NCBI GenBank assembly: GCA_050084985.1
Contig: JBITNC010000001.1
Span: 84,816,001 to 84,880,000 of the forward strand
Length of the DNA stretch: 64,000 nucleotides
DNA from: Nageia nagi
Taxonomy: Eukaryota; Plantae; Pinophyta
Direction of reading: 5' to 3'
A model generated the notes under the pieces. The model searched no databases, was not told where the DNA came from, and worked only from the letters and a program-made list of their open reading frames with translations. A program made the translations under genes and the position numbers. Positions 1-13,167 of the stretch are shown here, in pieces; position 1 is the first letter of the stretch; every line of letters begins with the position of its first letter.

Positions 1-800
1 TACTGAAATTCAATCATGTTTGACTTTGCTTTTAGGTAAATATGCCCATCTAAGAAGGATCTCTATGCAAGCTATACTAAGTAGCTATAGGGGTATCTTA
101 TCATCCACCAAATTTTTATTTCATCAAGTTGAATCTTGAAATTTAGAATTGATACTTGGATGGTGTCTCACTTTTAGTATTTCCTACTTTTTTTTTGGGG
201 ATATAAGAATTAGTAGTTAGTCATTCCTAGTATCAATTTCTTGGATTATCTTTGCTTTCATGTTCTTGCTTTGTATTCAATTGTATTTCCTTAACAATTT
301 TTAGAGGTCATGGAATTATTAGACAACACATGCTTCCTAGTCCAGTTGGGGCTAGAGCTCATCTTACACATTTAGATGGAAGTTAGTTGTAAACCTTTTT
401 GCATTGATTGTTGTGTCCACCTATTATGTTTCATAGTTTCTAATAATTCATTTTCTCATCATTTCTCACTATGGGTTAGGAATATCAAATGTATTTTATC
501 ATATTATTTCATAAAATGGGAGGAACAAGGTCTCATTAAGTACATTACAATGGAAATTGATCCTAAAAAAACTACATCATACCATCATATTTTCTTATTT
601 ATGGTTGAAACATTAAAACTCATTCTTGTAAAGAAAAAATAAATGCATCAATCATAACCAATATCGAGATGCATAATAATAAAAATATGCATGAATTGAA
701 CCATCACATACCACAATAATCATAACAACAAAATATAAACATAAATACATTCATCAAGATTTCAAAGCTAACTCATATAAATAAACCATCAAGTGTGTTT

Positions 801-803
<3 letters not shown>

Positions 804-872
<69 letters not shown>

Positions 873-876
873 TATA
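804..876. repeat. (TA)n microsatellite
   Basis: About 70 bp of near-perfect TA dinucleotide repeat. Confidence 0.98.
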
Positions 877-1607
877 ATTGTAAAAGGTGGTGTTATCCAT
901 CACAAAAAATACATAAGCCATCTAGAGTGCTATGATACAAAAATGTCATCTAGTGACACACACACTTTATGGTCAGGGTTGACCAATGACTATTTAAGCT
1001 AGAGGTGCCTCATTCACTGCCATCTCACTCAATTACTCACTTTCCATCAAAGGTCCACCTTGCACATGTAACAAATTAGGGAAAAAAGGGTAATTTACTT
1101 TTTATTTACCCCTTTTGACTATTTTTAAGTCTAAGTTTGAATTTTTAGCCCATGGTTGGACCCATCTTGATGCCAATTTGTTCAAAACTATATTTTTTTA
1201 CCACATAATTTATTTCAAAATTATATTGGGGCAAAAACAAAGCATTAAATATGCCAAAATTTTTACAAGTGTCACACACAAATTCTTTCTTTTCCAATTT
1301 CTTTTGTATTGATCAATGTGATCAATTCAATATCACTCAAGGGGAAAACCATCTAATTGTTCAAATTTTTTTGAATTGGTTTTTATAAAAAGTGCAAAAA
1401 ATTCAAAATGTTACCTTAAAAATCATGGCTTATTACAAAAAATTATAAAATTATTCAAAGTTTCTTTCAAAATGGCAAAATTGTTCAAATATATTGAATT
1501 TTAACCCAATTTCAAATTTTTAAAATTATAAATTGTTCAAATTGTGAAAATTTCTAAATTATTTGGTAAAACTACGTGTTTACTAGTAAGTCTACATGCT
1601 TGCCCCA

Positions 1608-1997
1608 TCATGAACACTTTGCATAGGTTTAATGTATTTGATTATCAAATACTATATTATTTATTTAAAATTATATCTCCATGAACACATTGCTTAGCAT
1701 TCAAACTTGATGAACACTACATTCAAATTACTATGTATATTTGTTTCAAATTTTCCATGAACACATTGGTTAGGGTTTAAATTATTGCAAGTTACATTCA
1801 AATTATTATCCATATTTGTTCTAAATTTTCAAAGAATACATTATTTAGGATTCAAATTTGATGAATAATACATTCGAATTCCTCTTCATATTTATTCCAA
1901 TTTTTTCAAAATTTTAAGCCTCCAAGAACATATTATTTAGAATTCAAATTTGACAAATACTACATTTGAATCCCTATTCATATTTGTTTCAAATTGT
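1608..1997 (+). repeat. Degenerate ~72-75 bp tandem repeat (~5 copies) in a retrotransposon 3' UTR
   Basis: The unit CATGAACACATTG(C/G)TTAG..TTCAAA..TACATTCAAATT..CATATTTGTTTCAAATT recurs at ~1609, 1680, 1756, 1830 and 1922; ~29-bp TTCAAATTATTCAATG repeats follow at 2040-2160. Confidence 0.8.
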
Positions 1998-2237
1998 TAT
2001 GCTTTTTTTTGACAATGAATGTAATATTTTTGCATATTCATTTAAATTGTTCAAATTATTCAATGTTCAAAGTTTAAATTTCAAATTATTCAATGTTTAA
2101 AGTTTAAATTCTAAATTATTCAATTTTTTTAAAATATTCAAATTTTAAAATATTCAAATTACATATATTTTCTCAACTAACATCTAGGTACCTATACTTG
2201 TTGAACTAAGTCTTTTGTGTAAAAGACCTAGTCCAAT

Positions 2238-2791
2238 AGGGGCAAAATGTAGACACTAAAAAAAAGCACTTTTTGAGTAGTAGATAAGTTTTAAGAAAAT
2301 GACATGTTGTAACTCATTGTTTGATTTATTCTTAATATCTGTTGTGTAAAGTCAAATAACTCAAAAGATAAAATTAGAGCAAAAAGTGACTTAAAATACA
2401 AATTTGAGCAAAAGTAGGTATCTAGCCCAAATAACTTAAGTTCACTCAAGAGGTATATAATTTAATGATAAATTAGAAAATGGTTCCTAATTCATTTGCT
2501 CACATACTCTATTATTATTTTTTCTCTCACAATTGTTTCTCCAAGATCATTTGTAGGGTTAGAGATAAGTTTTTGAAGGAATCAAGGTTTTCACCACAAA
2601 TCTCCATCAAATTCATAAAAGCTTGAGTTCACATTGATGAGGCAACCTTTCTATGTAATTTGTATGTTTGAATTGTTATATTATTGTATGTGCTGCATGT
2701 ATTCATAGTTTTTGTAGGGTTTGAAGGAAATACAAGTATGGAGAAGCTTGGTATAACCTTCCTCTTGATATATTGCATTTCCACCATTACA
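2238..2791 (+). mobile_element. PPT plus 3' LTR of a truncated Ty3/Gypsy (Tat/Ogre-like) element
   Basis: AGGGGCAAAA (2238-2247) is followed by TGTAGACAC (2248), the same PPT/terminus style as 61641-61654; TATA-like GGTATATAA at ~2453; candidate end ...CCATTACA at 2791. No partner LTR in the window, so the end is uncertain. Confidence 0.55.
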
Positions 2792-3267
2792 ATTATTATT
2801 TGAATTCATAATAGCTTAAACATATATTGTGAACACTCATAAGATATTATGGACATCCATGAATATAATTGATTCAAGGATATTTTCATTCAAAATTTTA
2901 AGGTTTTCAAGGTTTTAAAGTCTTAGATGTCAAATTTAGCTATAAAAATATGTAACAATTATTTACATAGTTTAAATCCACCATTGAATTTGTCAAAAGA
3001 GCATATATACTAGAGTATTTTCACAATAGGCATACATAATTTATTTATTCTCAATTAATTGAGGGCTAGGGGGACTCACTTCAAGCTCACCTAGGTGCCT
3101 CAAAGGGCTTAGGGTTGGAGTTCCCTCTTTCCATTTATATACATTTAGGGTTTCTTAAGGTTCTTGCAAAGTTTTAGCTTAATATTCAAAGATGCAAATA
3201 TACCTTTATCAAGATTGCTAAGTAATGCTCATTAAGTAAAGTAGAGTTGTGTAAGGTGAAGTTTGTG

Positions 3268-3784
3268 TTAGCATCACAAACAACATTGTCACATAAAGTA
3301 TGAATTTCACCCTACACTTACTATTCAAAATTTGGAATTTCATTGTAAATAATACACATTAAACATGTAAATGTTGAATGATTTTAGAAATTAGGAACTT
3401 CTTCAATGATATATATCAGTTGGAGGTAATAATAAATTACAAATATTGGAATAAGCAAAAATACATGCATAGACACAAACATAGGAATTTTATATTCAAA
3501 AACTATATTATCATTCTTCAAAATGATTTACCTTTATGTTGAAAATAGTTGTGTTGTGCATTTTAGGATCACCCTAATATCTAAAATTATAATCTTGAGG
3601 AGGATTCTTCATCATCACATTGGAAATTGAAGGGTGAATTCACTTATGTGAACATGCCTTTTCTTATTTACTGAAACATAAGATTGCCAAGAAAACCATA
3701 TAATCAAACATCTAAGTGTATGATCATTGAAACACATATATTTTGATTTTCAATCTTCACTAACAATGTTGCTTGTGATGCTAA
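3268..3784. mobile_element. MITE/foldback-like element with ~22-bp terminal inverted repeats
   Basis: TTAGCATCACAAACAACATTGT (3268-3289) versus ACAATGTTGCTTGTGATGCTAA (3763-3784), 1 mismatch; additional inner complementarity 3290-3313 versus 3630-3652. Confidence 0.55.
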
Positions 3785-4989
3785 AGGAGACAACGTGTGA
3801 ATGTTTTTTATATATAAGATAAGGAAAGATTACTAATATAGATTGAAAGAGCATAACCAATGATTGAGTAGAAATGCTTTTTACATTTCTTGCTCTAGTG
3901 TGGAGAGCCCAACTTGTTACTTTATGCTAGAAGTTTGGATTGACATTCATTTTTTTTTTTACAATCACAAATCAATGCACATCTAGCACATATACCAAAG
4001 AAATAAACTTTATTGGTTATATAAGGACTAAAATATATTATATTTAAGGTCCACCCATAAATTTTACAATACTAGAAAAAATTTAAGGACCAAAACATAT
4101 TACAAATTTACGTCTATCTTGGTGGTGAGTTCATTCATTACTAAAATGAGAAATATATGAACTTTAGACAAATGTTTAGTGTTCTTTGAATTATTTTTTT
4201 GATTAAAGAAAAGATAGAAAAATATTTTTTAAAATGTTAAAACTATTTGTTTATAAATGATTCATTATTCTTTCCTAGGTAAATAGAACTTAAGAAGAGT
4301 TATCATTCAAAAAAAAGATGATGGGTAGCTCATAGTCTCCCAACTTGCAGCTTGAAAGGATGAGGCCTACAAATATTAGCTCTATGCTTGAATCTTCAGG
4401 CCAGACAACCAATAAAAACTATTAGTGGATATCAGGAAAGTAATTAAATTTATCTTATACTTGTTATTTCTTTTATTATTATAATATTACCCCTTGGTAT
4501 CTGACTATACCATTAATTAGCATGGAGAGGAAAAGGGCAAAGGTTTCTTTAAAGAGATACACAACTCCAGTAGCAATGAAGATTAAGTCACATTCTATAA
4601 TTAATTTATAGATTTATAATTTAATGATTAAGTTACAGTTTATAAATTTAAATTATAAATTAATTTATAATTTTTTAATCCATAATAAAAATTAAAATTA
4701 AAATCTAAATTATAAATCCATAAAATTAAACAACTAAATTTAGAATCTATATATTTAAACAACTAAGTTAAAAATATTTAACTATGAATTGATTTTAACA
4801 AGAAGATTAATTAATTACTTAATAAATAAATGTTAAATATTAACTTAAATTTCTATAAATTTAAAATATTTAAAATTAAATAACTAAATTAAAAAATTTA
4901 ACTATGAACTAAAATTAACAACTAAATTAATTACAATTTATTTACGTAAGAATATAAGCACATAGACTAAGAACATAAATTTATAGTAC

Positions 4990-5165
4990 CCTAGAACAAA
5001 AATTTACAAAACCAGAACCTTAGACAAAGAATCCATGGTAATGAGAAGCTGAAGATAAAAATTTAAAGTATTGAATACAAAAATTTACAAAACCTAAACC
5101 TTAGAAAAAGAATCCATGATGAGGAGAAGTTGAAGAAAAATAATATAGTACCTAGAATAAAAATA
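4990..5165 (+). repeat. ~81-bp tandem duplication, preceded by an AT-only degenerate repeat tract (4595-4945)
   Basis: ACAAAAATTTACAAAACC..AACCTTAGA.AAAGAATCCATG.T..GAGAAG.TGAAGA occurs twice. Confidence 0.8.
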
Positions 5166-7039
5166 TTAATGAGGTCAACTAATATCAATGAGCAAAGTTT
5201 ATCTTGTAACAAAGGTTTCCTTGTGAGAAAACCTCACCTCATAATAGTTGTAGAGAGTAGGATCATGGTTAGAGGAGAATTCATGTGAATGGGGTTGGAG
5301 CTAAGGTTGAAGCCCTAAATAATCTAGATCACCTACAAAAATAATATGGGGCCTAAGGAAACAATAGTAAATTGAGATCTCAAGCAAGGTATCAAATGCA
5401 TAACTTATTGAAAGAAACTAGAGCCCAAGTGAGTAATCAAAGCTCACTTGAACACAATTGGAAGCTAAAGGCCAAAGCCAAAGCAAGACATCAAATAGAC
5501 CAATGAATAATACCAAAGGTAGAATTCATGGCTAAACATAACAAAAGGCAATGGTGTTTCAACTAGAAGAGGTGAAATGAATACAAGAATGACTGCACCA
5601 CTATCCATTGACCACATTCCATCATATATTAAGGAATGTAGCTCTAGTTAATGAGATCAGAACATGTGCACTCCTTGGATGATGGGATAATGTTGTGGCA
5701 TCATGTGTGATTAATTGTGTTGGATGGTCATGTAAGGTGGCAAGAGGTGAATTTAATTGCATCTATTCACATAGTGACATGTCCTCACCTATATAGTTAC
5801 CGATATAGGAGATGTATGATGGAAAATCATCACATAGATTGGGCCTGAAACATAAATCTTTATGATTTCCATTGTACATGTTTCACCCATCTAGAGTTTC
5901 CCACCATATAAAATATGTAGCATCACAAGTCCACACTGGACATGGTCATATAGTCTATTTGGTATGAATGTTCATATGGTGGTCTATGTGAAGGCCCCAA
6001 CATAGTGTTCTCCTATATGGGCCCCTCTCCCCTAGAAAAAAGTTATGGTATTTTAAAAAGCTTTTGAAAAGCATTAGCATTCAATGGAGCTATGGCATTC
6101 ACATCATGTGGAATTTGAAAAATGTAAATAAATTAAATATCATTGAATGGTTTTCTACACCAAATCCAATTTTGTGTAGAAACATATTCTAGAATTTTAA
6201 AAAGTTTTTTAAAAACTTTAGCATTCAAGTAATATTCTATATATTAGTTTTTAAAAAACTCTCTTCCTTTATTTATTAAAATATACTAAAAATCTTATTG
6301 ACTTATCGTAGTTGCGAATGAGGCAGCGATTGTGCCCCACTGGATTTTGATGGTGTGGATGCCCCTTTGTCATTGGCTCTAATCTTAAGGGTGCCTAGGG
6401 AACAAACACTCAATAAAAAAAAATATCATGAGGATAAGAGTATTTATTGAGAAAAACCTATAAGGCATTTTTTGGGAATGTAATTTGAGTTTGTTGGGGA
6501 AAGTTTAAAACTACTCTAGGATGGTGTAATCATAAATCTATTCTAGAATTTGATAGTTCATTAAAATGTTATACACTAATGATTAAATGTATAAATGATT
6601 ATATGGTTGAATGAACAAAACAAATGGATTAAGAGGCTATGCTTATGAAATAAACAAATATATATTTTTATATGAAACTTTGTATTTTCATAGAAGAAAT
6701 AAATTTAAATATATTGATAAAATTATTATAGTCTTGTATAATATTGTTAAGACATTAATAATAATGAATTTAAATACTACCTCTTGTATGTAAGTGCATG
6801 CTGTAAAAACATGATTTACTATTTCCTCTTTTTTTTTTGTACAATATGTTGGGTAAAAAAGGTAATATTTTGAGCGAGACCTTTCACCATACTTGTTTCC
6901 ACAGCTACTTTGTTCCTTCTTATTGTGCATTATCTATAGATCCTATTTCTTCTTTCACATCACCTATTTCATCCTTTCCTTTTGCCTACTTGAGATTATC
7001 CTTCTTTTTTGGCATCCTTATTTCATAATTTAAAAGAGT

Positions 7040-8100
7040 TTTGTTGTGGTAGTAGATGGATCTTTCTTTTTTCTCATCATCTTGCTAATATTAGAGCAAG
7101 TATTGCTTTATGCCTTCAAATGCTTTTTGGCACTTTTCATCCCATACAAATTTCACATCCTTTTTAAGAAATGAGTAAATGGCATGCACTTATCACCAAG
7201 TGGAAAAATGAATCTTCTTACCCAATTTATCTTACCTTGAAGATTTCTCAACTTAAGATTTTTAGGAGGTGGAATACTAATAATTATTTTTACCTTTTTT
7301 GGATCCACCTCAATTCCTCTCTTTGAAGTCTTAGAACCAAACATTTTTTTCTAAAGTAACACCAACAGAAAATTTTTGAGGTTTCAATCTAATTTTATAC
7401 TTTTTAAGAATGCCAAATACCTCTTATTGAAGTTGTAAGTGATCTTTTCCCTACTTTTATTTTACCAAAATATCATTAAAATGCAACTCAAATGATTTAT
7501 GAATATGCTCATGAAACATTATGACCATAACATACTCATAAGTTGCTCCTGCATTATTTAGACAAAAGGGCATAATGTTTCAACAAAAATTACCCCATGG
7601 TGTAGTAAAAGTTATTTTATGCTGATTAACCAAATTGATTAAAATATGATTATATCTTGAAAAACCATCCATAAAAGATAAAGTATCATGACCAGCAATA
7701 CTATCCATAATTATATCAATGTTTGGTAAATGAAAATCATCTTTTGGACAAGGATTGCTAATATCCCTAAAGTCAATACAAATTCTTATCACTCCAATCA
7801 ATTTTATGATAGAAATAATATTAACCATACATTATGAATAATTTATCAATATAATAAAACAAACATTTAAATATTTTTTAATCTCTTTCTTGACTAACAA
7901 TTCTTTGGAAGGGTGCATCTTTCTTATTTTTTTCTAAATAGGTTTTGTTCCCTTTTTAAGTAGAAAACTATGAATAACAAAAGAAGGATCTAGACCAAGC
8001 ATATTAGAATAAGACCATGAAAAATTCTTATTACATTCAATGAATTTATTTTTGTACCTTTCATGTTATGGTGAATCAAGACCAACTCCAATTTTATTAC
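7040..8100 (-). pseudogene. pol: Reverse transcriptase and start of RNase H of copy A (disrupted)
   Basis: ORF fragments 7153-7344 and 7580-7828 carry Gypsy RT motifs; many stops and frameshifts. Confidence 0.92.
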
Positions 8101-9369
8101 AACATGATCTTTAGCTTCCTCATCATCAACTTGTTGCACTTGTAAAGCTTCATTGAAGTTTTTCTCTTGTCTATAGTAAACATATTAACCAAGTACATTG
8201 CTTGGTTTCCTCTTAACATATGATATAGGCAACTCAAAATGTTCCCCCATGTATTCCATAAGATAATCATTTATAGCAAAATAATCAAATTTAAGAGGGA
8301 TAGTATCATCAATCTATAGATCTTCATCAATATCATCACAAAGTCTTATCATAGTGCATGTTAGAATAGATTTTATAGGAATTGATTTTGGCTCAGTATT
8401 TTTATGACCCTCCAATCCTTTTTTGTTTTTATTTTGAGCACATAAATTGTTAGGAAAGGAAAGAATCCCCTATTCTGATTTTACCAACCTCCCCCTTTGT
8501 AATTGCAATTTTGTTTCATATATTTTTTGGAAAAGGAGATGCAAAAGAGTCATTCATTTTACCCAAATTATTCTTCATCACTTCAAGATTGGGACTATGT
8601 GAAAGGGATGTAATAGAGTAATATGGGCTTGATTGTACTTTATTTTCACAATATAGATGCCCTTGAATACGACATGGGTGCTCCTCAAATTGCATTATTT
8701 TTTATTATTTAATATCTCTTACAAAAACTAATGGATCTAAGTCTTGAATTATTCATAGTTGATCCTAGATCTACCGTTGATCTTTTGATTTCTAAACCAT
8801 CTATCATAGGTATAATGAAAAGTTTTAAATTTTAAAAAATAAGGTTTTTATCAAATTTTTTCAGTTTTAGAAAAGGAAATCATATGTAGTCCAAAAGAGA
8901 TTTTATTGTTTCAAAAAATGTAGTAGCAAAAATATTTTAAGTACTTACTCTTTTTTGAACAATTCCTATAAGATCTCCCTATGTTGTTATGAAGTGCTAA
9001 GAAGATCGTACAAGCTAATCTTTGCAGGAGTGGTTTTTAATTATTCTATCATGCTATAATATTTAATATTAAATGGTAGACTTACTTATTTAGTATTAAT
9101 AGGATTTGTAATAGATCTTAGATGTCCCTTATAGATTGCAACATATATTTCTTCATCCACTAATATGACATTGGATGATTTGTTTTGAGGAAGAGCCCTT
9201 GCATACTTTACTTCATACGTACCTTGTGCAATAAGATATATAATATCATTCTCCAAAGGCTTGCATTGATTTATACTAAATTCTCTTCATTGATGGTAAG
9301 AGAAATAGGCTTCTTGGTTATAAAACCTCACACTATCATCTTGAGTTATTCTATCCATTAGTTTCAAAT

Positions 9370-9373
<4 letters not shown>

Positions 9374-9415
<42 letters not shown>
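9374..9415. repeat. (TA)n microsatellite inside gag of copy A
   Basis: About 40 bp of perfect TA. Confidence 0.97.
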
Positions 9416-9419
<4 letters not shown>

Positions 9420-10231
9420 TAAAATTCTATTTCAATATAATCAAGTTCATAATGCTTAATAACCATAAGGATAGATTCAACAAAAATACCATAAATTTTA
9501 GTTTTATCTAATTTACTTCTTATGAATTTCCATACCTTATTAAATATTAGATTATACTTATCTAGTGCTTCATTGGACCCCTAATGCAAGGCACATAATT
9601 CTATAATGATGGAATGTTCTCTGATGTCATTTTTATATTGATTCATGAATGCCTTCACTAATGACTAAAATGAATCAATTGAATTCAGTGGAAGGTTGTA
9701 GAACAATTGAATAGCATCATATTTCAAACTCCTTGGGAAGAATTTGACCATCAACTTCTTTCCTAATCCCAATTTGAACAAGTTCTCCTCCTAAAATCTT
9801 ACAAGATGTCTTTTGGGTCCTGATAACCAATGAACATCTCAAACTTGAGGTTGAGTGGTAGGTCAAAATTATGGATCATTTTTTGATAAGGGTGAATTGA
9901 ACACACCATCATAGTCTTCTTGCTTCTTCTAGGATATTTTCTATTCTCAAGATTTGATATCCTTTTAGCTATGGTAACACTATGAGAATTTTTATTGATA
10001 TTGGTTGAAGCTGACAACATTTGTGTATCAAGACCCTCTTTAAGAATATTCTAAAATAATGGCATCAAGAGTTTCTATAGTTCCTCTTAAATTTGATCCA
10101 TATCCACATTTATGATATCGATGTCTTAAAATAGGTACATAATGGTTTCCATAATGTGGGATCCATCACATAATTATATAAGATCTTATCTGTGAGGGAA
10201 ATATATCTCAAAATTATCAGGCTCACCAATA

Positions 10232-10838
10232 TGTAAATAAAAAATAATGGATTATAATAAATAAAGTACTATTTCTCTATAATATACTTACTAAATTATG
10301 TATGAGGATAATCATGTAATAGTAGTATGACTGAAAACTTCTCTTCATCAGATCTAAGGCTTGAAGCCATGAACATGTTCACCACTTAGATTTAGTGTAA
10401 TATACTATAGAACTACAACATTTGGGATATAAAATTAGACTTGGTATGATATCAATGATGTCAAAATTGCAAGATCTAAAGTTGAAATTAAGATATGCAA
10501 AGCATGATGAAGAGTAGTTAAAAAATCCTCAGATAGGTGGTGTTACAAAATATTGTTATGTTTTGATGATGTGATGCTCATATGTTAGCCTATTTGATAT
10601 TTGATTATCTAATAAGGTATTCTTTGCTTTTGATCTTCTTTTATAGCATGTCTTGATCCTTTTCATTTTTTTAAAATTTACAATTATTACATAGCTTATG
10701 GTGCATTTATTGGTATTTACATCGATTACACTAATTATAATACTCTTTTTGACCCTTTCAACACCTTTATATCTTTTACATCTTTGATACCTAAAATATG
10801 ATTTCTATTTTATTAAGATTCATATTTAGGTGTTTATA
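10232..10838 (-). repeat. 5' LTR of copy A
   Basis: TGTAAAT...GGTGTTTATA; aligns with 62974-63574; adjacent PBS-like GGCTCACCA at 10220-10228 (TGGTGAGCC on the minus strand). Confidence 0.85.
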
Positions 10839-12310
10839 GTTATGTACCTCATGAATCTCCTCATCTTTGACATTTGTAATATGCATATAATGATGACCAA
10901 ATATAGTATATAATGTGACACATCAAATACTAAATAATGTTATTCTTATCACACATATTAGTAATATTGCACCCAAAGTAAAAAATCATGCCATGCAAGA
11001 TAATACTACAATAATAGAGCATTGGTTGGCCATTAAACATAAAATATGATTTTCAAAAATCACCAATATATCCTAATAATAATTAAATATTGAGTGGATA
11101 AGCTTTTTTAGTATAAAAACTCATCTAATTGACTAAAATGACTTTAAAAATCAAGGGTTTTATGCAAAAATAAAATTCCATAAAAAATTTCAACTCAAAA
11201 TCCCATAAACATATATGCACATAAACCTAGTCTTACCTTCTAAAAGTTTCCTACCATGAATATCTAGCATTTAAGAAAAATTCTAGGGTATAAAAATCAA
11301 CCAAAACTTCAAAAATTAGGATCCAAATCTAGGGTTTTGATCAAAAATTGAAATTCTATAAAATACAAATACCATCAAAATTTTAATAATTTTTAAAAAA
11401 GTAGTGCTTTATAATTTTCTATAAAATTAAGATAAATAAGTAAAAAATAGAACATAAGTATTTATATGATAAAATCCATAGAAAATATGACACCTTAAAA
11501 TGAAAAATATGATCGGTTTGACTTTAAGGTAGGAACTAATACATTAACTAATTCTCTTGATTGCTAATTATAACTAGTTAGTAACTACATTAATATTCAC
11601 ATGTAATGATATGTAATAATATCAAACAATAAAATGATGGAATAATGTATAAGTGAAGTATTTAAATTAGCAGATTAGATATAATGCCAAATAACCCTAA
11701 GGAGATGAGATATTTGAGGGAGATAAATACTTATTACCTTACTTGGGTGTCAAAGAGATATGAAAATAAGAACTTGTTATGAATAGATGAATCTTGTATG
11801 CAAAATCCACTCCAAATGTAGACATGAAAACTAGCAATAGAGTACACGATAATGTATATGTTGAGCTTGCAAATAGTAGTGCCAACACCAAAGGGAGCGC
11901 AAATGCTAAGCTTATAATTAGTAGAGTCTATAACTAAGATTTGAATAATAATATGATAAATGATAATCCTAATCTAGCATATAGTAATGAAATGAAAGAA
12001 TCATGGTACTTGTGTGATAACTAAATCTTACAGGATTTCTTCTTGAGAGTGCAAGTTACCTACTTCACGTGGTAGGCTTATGGAGGCTCATCATGTCAAC
12101 TTGTTATTGAATGACTAATTTATATAGTGAAATCAATTGTAGTTAATGATTGTATTGTAAACCATTTTTTCAAATGGTAAATTAGCGAGTCTCAATCTAA
12201 GATTTTTATTATTTCTCAAAGATGTAAATGTTCTCATCTTTGATTGTATCTCTATGGAGGATAACTCTCTCTTTCTTCTCTCCTTCTATGATCTGCCCCA
12301 ATATTGCATT

Positions 12311-12729
12311 AAGAGGGAGTGTTAAAATGTATAATGCATATTGTGTTAGGTGTCTAGAAAAAGAAATGCAACCTCCTTAATATTATCTACTTAAATACTT
12401 TAGAAAGTATTTAAGTGAATAAAGAATTAAGGAGACTTGTCCCCACACACCATCCACTTATAAGGGCATGCTTATCCATAGGGATATTGGGAAAGATTTC
12501 CCATTGGTGTGCATTTTGGATAATATGGTGACCCAACATATGGATTTCATATATAAATAAAGGGCTTCCCCTCTTTGTTTCCAAAACAAGTTTTGTAGCA
12601 TAGTTATGCTCTTAGCTAGGTTGTAGGAGAAGTGAGAAAGTGAGTTGTAAGAGAGTGCTCTTTGAGAATGAGATATTATATTAGTGGATGTACTCCCAAA
12701 TATATAAGAACCATTTTATATTGGTATCA
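12311..12729 (+). mobile_element. Orphan ~400-bp LTR flanked by both a PPT and a tRNA-iMet PBS (Copia/TRIM-like)
   Basis: PPT AAGAGGGAG 12311-12319; TGTT.. start 12320; TATAAATA ~12552; end ..TTTATA 12720 (CA>TA); TGGTATCA 12722-12729. Confidence 0.7.
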
Positions 12730-13099
12730 ACTTTATGAGATTTTTATTATGTTTATGTTTTTGTAATGTTGCATTATATAGCCTTCATGAGATCTTAGGA
12801 TATATGAAAATTAGTGTTTTAGTCACATTTCCATCATTGTAAGCATGAGAAAAGACATGTAGATCTTCATAGGATTATTCTAAGTATTTTTCATGATGAT
12901 ATTTAACTATTTGGGATCATTTTAACCATGTGGATATCTGTTAGATTTTTAGTTTGAGCATTGGATTCAAAGTTATTCATGGTTATCCCAAAATACCTTT
13001 GTACAAGATTAGTTTACTTATGGAGGCTATATTTTCATTCTAGACCTTCTTTTTTATGTGATTCCTTTTTTTTTGGATTCCTAGTTTCAATATCTTTCC

Positions 13100-13167
13100 A
13101 TCCATTTATAATATGATTTCTATTTTATTAAAAATCATATTTAGGTGTATACATTTCCCCCCTCTTT
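13100..13167 (-). repeat. Remnant of the 3' LTR of copy B plus polypurine tract
   Basis: AATATGATTTC...TTAGGTGTATACA ends at 13153 and matches 63531-63574; followed by TTTCCCCCCTCTTT (PPT on the minus strand). Confidence 0.85.

Larger units (their letters stand above)
7040..10838 (-). mobile_element. Ty3/Gypsy (Tat clade) LTR retrotransposon copy A, 3'-truncated and degenerate
   Basis: gag remnants at 9440-10150; RT motifs IRICIDFRD, PKDDFHLPNID, SFMDGFSRYN, TFTTPWG; RT thumb GIEVDPKKV; colinear with copy B at 36100-45155 and 60862-63574. Confidence 0.92.

Noticed and set aside
376-642. 88-aa ORF as a host gene
   Set aside because: No recognisable motif; this length is expected by chance
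793-1002. 69-aa ORF with YI repeats
   Set aside because: Artefact of the (TA)n microsatellite
4490-6260. Possible Mutator/Helitron remnant
   Set aside because: Repeat-like texture, but no termini, TSD or transposase motif could be identified
6300-6423. Possible SINE (GC-richer patch ending in an A run)
   Set aside because: No convincing Pol III A/B boxes or TSD
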